64,000 nt of DNA from Octopus sinensis (lineage: Eukaryota): assembly GCF_006345805.1 (NCBI RefSeq), contig NC_042997.1, positions 66,960,001-67,024,000 on the forward strand, written 5' to 3'. Each line of letters starts with the position of its first letter. Positions within the stretch are counted from its first letter, which is position 1. Shown here in pieces: positions 1-11,303 of this stretch. Position numbers and translations under genes: made by a program. The notes beneath the pieces were generated by a model. It saw only the letters and a list, made by a program, of their open reading frames with translations. It was not told the origin of the DNA and made no database searches.

Positions 1-839
1 TATTGCAGAATTTGAAGCAGAATTGAAGGGGTAAGACTAAAGTTGTTAGCAAGAAAGGAGATAAGACTCATTCTGGGTAGCAAATGGCCCTGTTCAATAT
101 GTAAGAAAGGAGTGGGATGTAATTCCATGCACTGCACCAAGTGTAACCCGTGGATGCATAAGAGATGCAGTGGAATTGTGGGAAAATTATCAGATAAGGT
201 TGTTTTCGTATGGCAGATGTGCAGGAACAGTAAGTAATAAGAGCACGAGGAACTTAAACTCTCTCAAATGCCCAGGAGGCTCTCTTGCGGTAGAAGATAG
301 TTTCTGCTATTTAGGTGACCAAATTAGTAAGGGAGGTGGATGCTCTGAAAGTATTGTTTCTAGAATAAGAATAGGGTGGAGGAAGTTCAGAGAACTATTG
401 CCTCTGTTGGCAGTAAAAGGACTCTCTGAGTGAAAGGTAAGTTGTATGATGCTTGTGTGAGAACAGCTATGTTACATGGTAGTGAGACATGGGTTCTGAC
501 TGCAGAGGATATGCATAGGCTGGAAAGCAATGAAGGTAGTATGTTCTGTTGGATTTGCAACATCAGTGTGCATGACTGATAAAGCACAACTGTGTTGAGA
601 AAAAAGTAAGGCATAAGAGGAGAGGAGATTGCGTTGGTTTGAGCATGTGATGTGTATGAGTGATAACAGCTGTATACAGAAATGCCTGTTGCTGAAAGTG
701 GATGGTACCTGTGGAAGAGGAAGACTCAGGACTGATCTTAGGATGTTGGGGCTCACAGAGGAAATGACAATAGATGGAGATGTTTGGCGATATAAGGTCC
801 TAGGGAAAACCCATCCGCAAAACAGTGCTAGGAGAGTTG
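1..839 (+). mobile_element. Decayed RTE-clade LINE fragment (PHD finger + RT C-terminal region)
   Basis: Frameshifted ORFs 43-237 (CSIC..CTKC.WMHKRC) and 170-433 (CYLGDQIS..IRIGWRKFRELLPLL) parallel the 531-aa ORF at 8621-10216; multiple stops. Confidence 0.85.
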
Positions 840-3037
840 TGTAACGAACTTGGAGTGAGTGAATATCTTCTCTTGTACTTTCGGGGTACAAGAAAGCAAT
901 CACTAGCCGTTGCTTTAATAATCCAGAATTCTACCAGTCAGAAACAACAAGACGCAGACGTAAAATATATATATACTACTTTATTCTCTTTCTTGGTAAC
1001 AATAACAATAAGTGGTTATCTGATGTCCTTGGTTCGGGGCGCGCAAGGCTGAAAGTTAATCGATTGTAATATTTACAATATTCAGCCGCTAAAACCAGAA
1101 CGGGTTCAAGATGGCGTCGAACAGGAAAGTTGAATGTGGTCGGCAACAATTTGGTTAAAGGCATTCGGCCGACTGCTGCTAGAATCAAGTCCTGACGGAG
1201 AGAGAATATACGTGACCGTTGCCTTCGATAGCCATGTCTCAAAGTTGCCGCTGCTGCTGCTAGCGGTCGAACGTTCTACGTCCCCCTTCCTCGCTAACTG
1301 CTACGTAGGCAATAGGGTTCTGCTTCCGGTGGTTCGCACATGCGCGAGAGGGCCCTTCCTCTCTCTGCCTTGGTAAAGGCACCAACACGCGCGAAATAGA
1401 AAATGGACGGTGCGCGAGCGCGCACCGTTATAGTATCACTACAAGGCTCCCCTCCAGTGCGTACGCACGAAAGGAAACTTATTGTAGTGACTGCAAAACT
1501 CAAGGTGGACACCAGATAACCAAATAGCACACAATGGCAAAATTTATAACATACACAAGAAATTTACTAAAGGAAAAAGAGAAAAAATACTCAATGAGCA
1601 AAAATCAAGAGTGCATGCATGAAAGTGTATGCGTCACAAAGTATAGAGCCTTCCGCTGTAGGAAGCGGAGGGAAAGCAAAACTCACAGTCAATGAACCTA
1701 GGCGAAATTAAATCCAACTTCTCTAAAGGTGGTTAATCCTGCAAAATAGCAGTTAAATCAATTGCTGCAGGAGAGGAAATGGAATTGACAGAAGCTCGCT
1801 AGTAACACAAAAGGCAAAAGTGCAAACATGCTGGTGTGATGCGCAACACAGATAATTTTCTGTTAATTACGTGACCAACAGTGGTCTAACAGGGAAAAAT
1901 AATTACGCCTAAACATGGCGCAGCGCATGTGAACATCCGACGTCCTATGAGTCGGGAAAAAACTAAGCTACCGCAAACGTGTTGCAAAAAAAACAAGGCA
2001 AGTACACGTGCGAAGCAAGGCGCATGAAAGGCAATAGTGCTTGCCAGACCAAAAAAACAGCAAGAATATGCCAGTGGTTGAGCGATTATATGCCTCGTTC
2101 GCACAGGAACAAAAGTATGACATGCTGGCGCGTTATAATGGACAAACAACCCTCTCTATGTATACGTGACCGACCTAGGGTCTATAGAAATGAGGGGTGT
2201 CCACAAAAGGCAAATTTAGCATGGAAAAGAAACAAGCGAGAAAAGCATGTGTGACGTATGTATGTGAAAGATAGCATTTATGTGTGTGTACGTGTGTGCG
2301 ACAAAAATACATACAAGGTGAATGCGAGCAAAATATAAAAACAGCGCATAGAAAAAATGTCTCTCAAGTGCTATTTCAGACAAGAGTTAATTTACCAGTC
2401 TGTAATAGCCTGAAGCACAATAGCAGTTCGTTCTGTAACAGAAATGTTGAAATCACAAATGCAGATGCCGGTTGAACACAATGTGTAGCGGTTGTAGCTT
2501 CGATGCTGTGACATGTTAACTGGAACAGAAGAAATCTCGTAGATAGTGCTGGGCTGTGAATTCTTGGTGTGCTAATGCACAAACGGCAAGTGGACCAAAC
2601 TTCCGCGAGTTGCTATGTACATCTTGGTGGAGGTCGACGGTGTTGAAAGGCGACGGTGGTGGTGGCGACTGTAGTGGACTTGAGACAACATCGTTCTTAG
2701 TGATGATGGCGACGAAGATAACGACGACGTGAAGTAGAAAGACGACGATGATGATGACGAAGGCAGAGAAAAAACATCGATGATATGATGGCGTCCGTCA
2801 TCATGTTGAAGAATAAAAGGCTCCTATAACGGTCTGAGAGGACGGAAACAAATCGTCGAAAGATGAATGTGTAGAGTTAATCGTGTTCCGACTTCGCAGA
2901 AAAACTGGATTTTTTTTGTTGATAAGTGATCTCTGGTTTTAGACCAGAATCACGTCGGGAGGTCACCAGTGTAATGAACTTAGCGTGGAATAGAAAATGG
3001 ACGGTGCACGAGCGCGCACCGTTATAGTATCACTACA
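840..3037 (-). mobile_element. Non-autonomous LTR retroelement (TG..CA ends, PBS-Trp, PPT, 4-bp TSD GTTG) nested in the RTE copy
   Basis: TSD GTTG at 836-839 and 3038-3041; long LTR 840-1443; 68-bp deleted LTR 2970-3037 sharing both LTR termini; PPT GGAGGGGAGCCT (minus strand) at 1444-1455; no gag/pol motifs recognised internally. Confidence 0.85.
2947..2968 (-). other. Primer-binding site complementary to the tRNA-Trp 3' end
   Basis: Plus strand GAATCACGTCGGGAGGTCACCA matches the eukaryotic tRNA-Trp 3' end GAATCACGTCGGGGTCACCA with a small insertion; lies 1 nt from the LTR end. Confidence 0.8.
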
Positions 3038-4085
3038 GTTGTATCCCACTCCCATGTAACAACACACTTTTCACCTACTCTACCCAAAGAAATCAAACTA
3101 CAACTCCTCTTCTAATTGTATCTTTCTCTTCACATTTCCTCCTCATATATTAAGATTGTTTTTCAATCCCCTTTCTTGCTTTCACTGCCGTGCACACTGT
3201 ATCACTGCTCCCCCACCACCCATACCCACTCCCTACTTTTCTAACCAGGTTCCATGCTCATATTCTTGTTACTTGTGAGTATATCATCTCGCTTCTGCTC
3301 TCTCTTACACTTTTGCTTTTCCTACTCTTTCTCCTTCTCTTGTTTTTCCTCTGACTAGGTAACCAAGTATCACTTCTAGATCAGCACACTTGTTTCTGGT
3401 CCCTCTCTTTCTCTCTCTCTCTGTGTAACCATGTACCTCCCCAATAGCATGACACTTATTCCTGCCTCTCTATTTCTCTGTTACACCCTAACCTTTCATC
3501 ATTTGATACTGGTTCACCTCCTCTAATACCCCCTTTGTTGTGGCAAGATACCTGCTTCTGTCTCTTTGTCACACTCTAACTTTCATCCTCTGACACAAAT
3601 GCTCTGCCCCTCTCATAATTCCTTTTCTTGTGAGCTACTTGGTTACCTTGCCAGTGCTGGTGCCACATTAAAAGCATCCAGTTCACATTGTAATGTGGTT
3701 GGTGTCTGGAAGGGCATCCAGCTGTAAAAATCTTGCCAAAACTAACTTTGCCTGTGCTAGTGCCATGTAAAAAGCACTGAGTCCACTCTGTGGAGTGACT
3801 GGTGTTAGGAAGGGCATCCAGCCATAAAATCCCTGCCAAAACAGACACAGTAGCCTTGGCTCCTGTCAACCATCCTACCCATGCATGCATGGAAGATGGA
3901 TGTTAAACGATGATGTTGATGGCACATAAAAAGCACCCAGCTCACTCTGTAAAGTGGTTGGCATTAGGAAAGGCATCCAGCCGTAGAAACCATACCACAA
4001 CAGACAGAGTCTGGACAGCTCCTTAGCTGGCCAGCACCTGTTAAACCATTCAACCCATGCCAGCATGGAAATAGATAATGATGAT
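3038..4085 (+). mobile_element. 3' UTR/tail of the RTE LINE interrupted by the LTR element
   Basis: Pyrimidine-rich tract, then repeated GTGGTTGG..TTAGGAAGGGCATCCAGC blocks ending in (GAT)n; the same tail type recurs at 8046-8200 and 24071-24383. Confidence 0.65.
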
Positions 4086-4598
4086 GATTTTGTTTTACTT
4101 TTGCACCCATCAATTAATATTTGCATATGGAGTATTCAGTATTCATAAGTCCATTTGGGATTTATAGAGTTATTTTGCCCTTCAGTATTTTTGAAACTAA
4201 AGTAAAATTTTTCTCAAAAATCCTCTTTTGAATAAATATATTGCTTCATAACTTTTCAAATTTTGGCACATGGACACAATTATTTTTTTAAGTAAATTTG
4301 GGTAAAGCAAAGGAATACTCATAGTTTTTGCAAGCATTTTTAGACTGGTAATTAAGGACAGACTAGAGATATTGATATGGCTGAGGTTCACTTTAAATTT
4401 CTGCAGTTTAGTCTTTGCATGTACAATGTAACTGGAGGCAAGAATTCCAGTGGGATGCAGCACTAGGAAAGAATTATGGAACAAAATGCTTAGAAGAAAA
4501 GTTTGGATCATGATAATAAGGAATAAGTTACTAAGAGAAGGGAGAATTGGGCCTATGACAGGATTTGACTGAGCTGGACCAGATTTTGAAATTTCATA

Positions 4599-4845
4599 GG
4601 AGGCACATGGCTTAGTGGTTAGGGTATTGAACTCATGACCGTAAGATTGTGGTTTCAATTCCTGGACCGGGCAACACGTGTTCTTGAGCAAAACACTTCA
4701 TTTCACGTTGCTCCTGTCCACTCAGCTGCCAAAAATGAGTAACCCTGCAACAGACCAGTGACCTGTCCAGGTGGGGAATTTATATGCCATGGAACCAAGA
4801 AACTGGCCCTTATGAGTTGGCATGACTTGAGAAGTTAACTTTTTA
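4599..4845 (+). mobile_element. tRNA-derived SINE
   Basis: A-box TGGCTTAGTGG and B-box GGTTTCAATTCC in a tRNA-like head, followed by a non-tRNA body. Confidence 0.65.
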
Positions 4846-5269
4846 CTTTAAATGTTGTTAAAACAAACTCATCATGTGCCAGTTTGCCTCTTCTAGTTAT
4901 ATAGTGGCTTACTTTTCTTTTCATTATCATCATTATCCAAACATTTCTACCATAGATGCAATAAATTAATTTTTAATATTTCATTTTATATAAAATGTGT
5001 TGATAACAATGCAAAAAATAATAAGGTTTATCACTACATTATTTTGTGCCTTTTCTTACTAAAGGTAGGTGGAGAAGAGCTTAGCAGCTTAATTCCAAGT
5101 ATTTGAGACCCCTAATATTTTAATCTTAATTTTGGTGAAGAAAAGTGTGCATATTACATGGAGTTTTACAGTATATAAGTAATAATTTAGAGTAGTGTCA
5201 TACTCCATTGCTACTCAAAGCTGAAATAGTTTTTGATCTGGGAGAGTGATCTCAGTATTTATCATCATC

Positions 5270-5600
5270 ATCATTATCATCATCAGCAACATTTAATGTC
5301 CATTTTCCATACTAGCATGGCTTGGACAGCTTGAAAGGAAAAAGGTAAGGCCAGGTGCGGCACCAGGTTCCATAGTCTGTTTTGGTTTGGTTTGTATGGC
5401 TGGATGCTCTTCCTAATGCCAACCACTTTACAGAGTGTACTGGGTGCTTTTTACATAGCACCATCACCACTTTTTATGTGGCACTAGCACCCACACCAAT
5501 ACCTTTTATGTGGCACCTTGGTTTTAGGATCTTGATTTTATTGTGGTGGGCAGGCCTTCTTGAATACATCAATGTGCCACATATCTCAATCCTCTGTCAT
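5270..5600 (-). mobile_element. RTE-type 3' tail fragment
   Basis: (ATC)n then GGCTGGATGCTCTTCCTAATGCCAACCAC, the reverse complement of the RTE tail motif. Confidence 0.6.
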
Positions 5601-6649
5601 CTTTTTTGGTACATGTCCATATTGTATGATGTTTTCAGTGTGATTCTCTGAGATTTGTGCATTGGTTGGAGAAGAATTATCTGTGAAGTAATGTGGGTAG
5701 CTTGGAGAGACAGTAAACAAATTATAAAGCACAAGGAGGGTAGGGTGAAACAGACTTTGCCTGTGTTGCACCAGACTAGCTTAACTGTGAGAGAATCCTT
5801 TTGATTACACCGTAGTAAAGTTGTCAAGCTGCAGGAATCTTATGATCCAAGAAATTTGGGATGTTATGACTGGGATTCATAAACAAGCGATTTGTTCTAA
5901 ATATTGTTGAAGAGCAATAAATTGGCTTCTGTTAAACTTCTCAAGGGTAAAGAAACCAATATAAGTCATCGTTGAATGTAGTGCATATCAGAAGCTGTAC
6001 AAGTGTTTAGACAGGAAATAAATTGATTCAAGTTGATAAAACTGATATGTTTATGTTTGTTTCTACTACTGTATTAAAAATGTTATTGCCTGATCAATGT
6101 GTGTGCGTGTGTAGATAGATAGACACACACACACATATATACATATTTGAAACATATACATGGAAAGACACTGAGAATAAAGTTCATGTTCTGGGTATAG
6201 ATATCTAAATGAATATATGGTTTCAAGCTTAATAAAGATTCTTGTTAAAATGTACTTAACTCTTGTTGCCTTGACAGCCAAATGAAAAGTGCATCTTAAT
6301 TTACACAGTGATTTTATTTCTATATTGGTTTCAGTATAACATTGCTGAGAAATTATTAGTATAAGCATTCACTTTCCAAAGCTCCATATGTTTGAAATGT
6401 ATAAATATTTACTTAAGGTCATTAGCATACTTTTCTAATGATAGGATTTTTCACTTGCAGTAATGACATATGAGAAGGTATGGATATTGTTTCCATTTCT
6501 CTTGTTTATATTGCTTGATCAATCAGTGTAAACAGTTCTTCATAATAACAATAGAAAGCTCCTGTTGAGCAGACCTATGATCAAAAGCATTCTGGCTATG
6601 ATTATCCATGTAGAGGTATTCTCATTCTCTTGAGAAAACCTTTGTTGCC

Positions 6650-7080
6650 ATCATCATCGTCATTATTTAATGTCGGCTTTTCATGCTGGCATGGGTTGGA
6701 TGGTTTGACAGGAGCTGACCAGCTGAAGGGCTGTTCAGGCTCCATGTCTGTTTTGGCATGATTTCTATGGCTGGATGCACTTCCTAATGCCAATTATTTT
6801 ACAGAGTGCTTTTATGTAGCACTGGCATGGGTGCTTTTTACGTGACACCAGCACCAATGAGCCCGCATGATTAGGGATGCTCTGCTGGAGAAGGTTGTTG
6901 GGGATGAGCCTGTATGTAAGGGCAACCACGCTTTTACTTAGCTTGGTGTGTCTTTTCAAACACAGCAAACCACCAGGAGTTTCGGTCCCCTGTCATCCCC
7001 TTTGTAATTCCCAACATCTGTAGATGCTTTCTCACCACTTAATCCCACCTCTTCCTGGGTCTACCCCTCTCACATGTTCC
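6650..7080 (-). mobile_element. RTE-type 3' tail fragment
   Basis: (ATC)n then GGCTGGATGCACTTCCTAATGCC and GGTGCTTTTTACGTG blocks, as in the RTE at 8046-8600. Confidence 0.6.
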
Positions 7081-7620
7081 CTCTACAGGGTTAGAAAAAT
7101 TCTTTAGTATTCAGATTAATTTGTCAAAATCTAAAGCTTATTTATTCACATTGTTTTGAATTAATCATGCATTGTCTCATAGCTTTGATATTTCAATGAT
7201 GTGACTTTATCATTAGAATAACATTGTAGGGTAGGTGTGAGAAGTCATATCTGGTTGGTTGAACATAAAGCAAGAAGAATATTTGAGCCAGATATGGCCA
7301 GTTTTAATGCTAAAGGGTTAAACATCTACTCTTTAACCTCAACCATTATGCCACCAAGAATTTAAATTCCAGTGCTAATTAGGTCATTTATTTAACAGAA
7401 CTAGATCACAGGCTTGGTGTGACAAAATTTAGGAACCCCATCATGGACTTAATTATTTTCATTATCATTTTAAGAAAAAATGCAAATAGGCATGGCTTCT
7501 TCAAGGTGGTGTCTCAGCATGGCTGCAGTCTAATGACTGAAACAAGTAAAAGATAAAAGATATGGAAGTTATTTGAGTTTCGGTTTTTTCCTCCTTGAAC
7601 TTTTCGTTTTGCTTTTTTAG

Positions 7621-7774
7621 TTACAGTTGGTGGCACAAATGTGCAGGCTTACCAGATTGCAACATCTTTGCCTCAAGGTGTTGTTATGGCAACCACTGGA
7701 AGTCCAATTACCAGTCCTCAACAATTATCAGAAGAAGCAGCTCGGAAGCGAGAACTTCGTCTATTAAAAAACAG
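7621..7774 (+). CDS. CREB1: CREB/CREM/ATF1-family transcription factor, penultimate coding exon (Q2 end + N-terminal half of the basic region)
   Basis: Acceptor TTTTTTAG at 7620 (in-frame alternative TTACAG at 7626); donor AG|GTGAGA at 7774/7775. Translates (x)TVGGTNVQAYQIATSLPQGVVMATTGSPITSPQQLSEEAARKRELRLLKN(R), matching CREB GVVM..EEAARKRExRLxKNR. CREB1 vs CREM/ATF1 naming is not resolvable; invertebrates typically have one orthologue. Confidence 0.95.
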
Positions 7775-7904
7775 GTGAGAGTTGTAAATAAAGTTTATTT
7801 CAAAATTGGTTATAGATGAAGGTGTTTTGAAATAAAATCTAATCTATTTGTAATTTTATTAGCCTGTAAATAAAACAGAAATGACATAAAAAAAAGACAT
7901 AAAA

Positions 7905-8045
7905 TGTTAAACATAGTGGCTGTGCAGTAAGAAGCTTGCTACCCAGCCACATGGTTCTGGGTTCAGTCTCACTGTGTGACACCTTGGGCCAACCAAAGCC
8001 TTGTGAGTGGATTTGGTACATGGAAACTGAAAGCTCATTGTGTAT
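7905..8045 (+). mobile_element. tRNA-derived SINE (family B), 5' half; 3' half displaced to 11226-11532
   Basis: GTGGCTGTGCAGTAAGAAGCTTGCT..GGTTCTGGGTTCAGTC head; same family as the intact copy at 59823-60280. Confidence 0.75.
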
Positions 8046-11000
8046 GTATATCGTTTAACATCCGTTTTCCATGCTAGCATGGGCTGGATGGTTCGACCGG
8101 GGTCTGGGAAGCCAAGAGGCTGCACCAGGCTCCAGTCTGATCTGGCAGTGTTTCTACAGCTGGATGCCCTTCCTAACACCAACCACTCTGTGAGTGTAGT
8201 GGGTGCTTTTTACGTGCCAGGGGAGGCTGGCAATGGCCACGATCGGTTGGTGCTTTTTACGTGCCACCGGCATAGAAGCCAGTCACGGTGGCGCTTGTAT
8301 CGGTCACGTACAGATGGTACTTTTTATGTGCCACTGGCACAGGTGCCAGGGGAGGCTGGCAACAGCCACGATCGGTTGGTGCTTTTTACGTGCCACCAGC
8401 ACAAAAGCCAGTCAAGGCGGTGCTGGCATCGGCCACATATGAATGGTGCATTTTACATGCCACCGGCACAGGTATCGCAACCACAATTTCCATTGATTTT
8501 TGATGCTGACGTACTTGACTCAATAGGTCTCCTCAAGCACAGCAGGTCGCCCTACGATCCAAGGCACTTTGGAAGGGCTGGGGCTTCTATGTGAAGCTGG
8601 TACAGGAAACAGCCATGAACTCACATTATTTGTCGGGTCTTCGCAGTCACAGCATATCTCCAGAGGTCTCGGTCTTCTGTGAGACCCAACGTTCGAAGGT
8701 CATGCTTGACCACCTCATCCCATGTCTTCTTGGGTCTACCTCTACCCCGGATTCCTTCAACTGTTTGGGAGTGGCACTTCTTCACACATCTCTCCTCATC
8801 CATCTGTAGCACATGACCATACCAGCGCAGACGTCTCTCTTGCCCGGCACATCCAATGCTTCTTATGTCCAGCATTTCTCTCAGGGCACTTACACTCTGC
8901 CATGTATGCGCACTGACATTACACATCCAGCGGATCATGCTAGCTTCATTTCTTTCAAGCCTATGCATGTACTCTGCAGTCACAGCCCATGTTTCCCTAC
9001 CGTGAAGCATGGCAGTTCGCACACATGCGTCGTACAATCTACCTTTCACTCTTAGTGATAGACCCTTTGTCACCAGTAAGGGTAGGAGCTTTCTGAACTT
9101 TGCCCAGGTTATTCTTATTCTAGTGGTAACACTCTCTGAGCATCCACACCCACTACTAACTTGGTCACCTAGGTAGTGGAAACTATCAACTACTTCTAGT
9201 TTCTCCCCCAGGATTGTAATGGAATCTGTTTTCTGAGTATCAATGGTGTCTATTGCCCCTGTGCATCTACCGCATACAAAAGCTATCTTCTCAGTTAATT
9301 TTCCTTTGATGGTGTTGCACCTCTTATGCGTCCATAGCTTACACTGGGTACATCTTATGGAGTTTCTACCTACACCTTTTCTACAGATCGAGCAGGGCCA
9401 CCTACCTAAAGGGGTGTGTGGTGTGTTTGTCTTCCTACTTACTAGGACTTTGGTCTTTGCTACATTGACTCTAAGGCCTTTTGATTCTAAACCTAGCTTC
9501 CACACCTGAAATTTCTTTTCTAGTTCTGGTAGTGATTCAGCTATGAGGGCCAGGTCATCAGCATAGAGGAGCTCCCAGGGGCAATCCGTCTTGAATTCCT
9601 CTGTTATTGCCTGGAGGACTATGATGAATAAAAGGGGACTGAGGGCTGAACCTTGGTGGACCCCTACTTCTACCCGGAATTCTTCACTATACTCATTGCC
9701 AATCCTAACCTTGCTGACAGCCTCTCTGTATAGGGCCTGTATAGCCCTTATTAACCATTTGTCAATCTCCGGTTTCCGCATCGCCCACCAGATAAGGGAT
9801 CGGGGGACCCTGTCAAACGCTTTCTCCAAGTCCACAAAAGCTATGTAGAGGGGTTTATCTTTAGCTAGGTATTTCTCCTGCAGTTGTTGAACCAGGAATA
9901 TGGCATCAGTGGTGCTTCTACCCGGCACAAAACCAAACTGCATCGCATCTAAGCAAACTCTCTCCCTAATGAGGTGGACTATGACCCTCTCTGTGACCTT
10001 CATCACCTGATCCAACAATTTAATACCCCTGTAATCATTTCTATCTAGAGCATCACCTTTACCCTTGTAGCAGTTGACTATGGTGCTGCTATGCCAGTCA
10101 TTGGGTATGACTCCATTATGAACTACCTGGTTTACAATGCGGGTGACTAGGTCACCAGATGTTTTAAGCATCTCAGCAGTGATTCCTGATGGGCCGGGGG
10201 CTTTTCCTGATTTCATACCCTTAATTGCTTTAACTACTAGGGAGCTGTCTATTCGGATTGCTGGTCCCTCTACTGGGTCAACATTTGGCAGACTCTCCTC
10301 CTCTCATTCATTCTCCACATTCAGCAGTCTCTCATAATGGCTTCTCCAAGCCTCTTTCTTTTCAGAAACATTGAAAGCAAGTGCACCATCATCCATGTGG
10401 ATGCATTTCTCTCCTGTGATATCACAATTTTCTCTCACACTCTGTCTTGCAATCCGAAATACCTCAGTTCTTTGGTCCTCACGTCGCTGGATATTGGCAA
10501 ACTTCTTCTTTTCTGCTTCGCCCTTGGTGATGTATATCTGCCGCCCAGCCTCCCTTTTGGCTACCTGGTACAGTTCCCTTCTACCCCCGTCCCTTCAGGC
10601 TTTCCAGGCCTGTTTCTTTGCCCTAATGGCTTTGTCTACTGTACTATTCCACCACCACATAACTCTAGGTCTGGAAGGGACTTTGCACCATCCACAGACT
10701 TTGTCTGTGGCACTTGGCAAGCTGTCCCGTAGGAATTTCCAGCTACCTTCTATGTCCAATGTCTGTAGCTCCTCCTCCCTCTCATCAAATTTCTTGATGA
10801 GGATGTCCCTAAATCTCTGACCATGTGAAGGGTTCTTAGCTTCCAAATCCTTCTTTTCTGGATTGGTCTGCTTCTTGGTATCCTTCTGGCCTCAAGCCTA
10901 AAGTCACTAATGACTAGCCTATGCTGAGGGATACATTCTTCACCCAGGAGGGTCTTTGTATTTAAGAGCAACCCTGCGTCCCACTGTCTGGTGAGGATGA

Positions 11001-11223
11001 AATCTATTTGGCTAGCAGAGTCCCCTGACTGATAGGTTATAAGGTGGCTGTCTGGCTTCCTGAAGTTAGTGTTGCAGATTAAAAGGTTACATGCATTACA
11101 GAATTCCAGTAGTCTAGTTCCCTCATTGTTTCAGGTGCCAATACCATGGCCACCGTGTACCCCAGTGAAGATACCCGATTCCCGCCCAACATGCCCATTA
11201 AAGTCTCCAGCCACAAAGATGAG

Positions 11224-11225
<2 letters not shown>
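8046..11225 (-). mobile_element. RTE-clade LINE, 5'-truncated within the APE domain, antisense in the last CREB intron
   Basis: APE motifs GDFNGHVG (about 11180-11210) and SQIDFIL; RT ORF 8621-10216; 3' UTR with tandem GTGCTTTTTACGTGCC repeats and the RTE tail. Confidence 0.95.
8621..10216 (-). CDS. RTE reverse transcriptase (531 aa open frame) with an inserted C4HC3 PHD finger
   Basis: Motifs KAPGPSG, QFGFVPGRSTTDAIF, FVDLEKAFD, GVHQGSALSPLLF, LLYADD, FHYLG, RLRWYGH; CSIC..CTQC..WTHKRC..CGRC lies between YADD and YLG. Upstream frames are broken. Confidence 0.9.
   Translation of the reverse strand: MKSGKAPGPSGITAEMLKTSGDLVTRIVNQVVHNGVIPNDWHSSTIVNCYKGKGDALDRNDYRGIKLLDQVMKVTERVIVHLIRERVCLDAMQFGFVPGRSTTDAIFLVQQLQEKYLAKDKPLYIAFVDLEKAFDRVPRSLIWWAMRKPEIDKWLIRAIQALYREAVSKVRIGNEYSEEFRVEVGVHQGSALSPLLFIIVLQAITEEFKTDCPWELLYADDLALIAESLPELEKKFQVWKLGLESKGLRVNVAKTKVLVSRKTNTPHTPLGRWPCSICRKGVGRNSIRCTQCKLWTHKRCNTIKGKLTEKIAFVCGRCTGAIDTIDTQKTDSITILGEKLEVVDSFHYLGDQVSSGCGCSESVTTRIRITWAKFRKLLPLLVTKGLSLRVKGRLYDACVRTAMLHGRETWAVTAEYMHRLERNEASMIRWMCNVSAHTWQSVSALREMLDIRSIGCAGQERRLRWYGHVLQMDEERCVKKCHSQTVEGIRGRGRPKKTWDEVVKHDLRTLGLTEDRDLWRYAVTAKTRQIM

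Positions 11226-11303
<78 letters not shown>

Noticed and set aside
4197-4691. 164-aa minus-strand ORF as an upstream gene or RT fragment
   Set aside because: Starts inside a SINE head, has no convincing motif, and is antisense to CREB intronic sequence.
4086-7620. Upstream CREB exons (KID RRPSY, Q1/Q2)
   Set aside because: No RRPSY or glutamine-rich exon with splice sites was found by eye; these exons probably lie before position 1.
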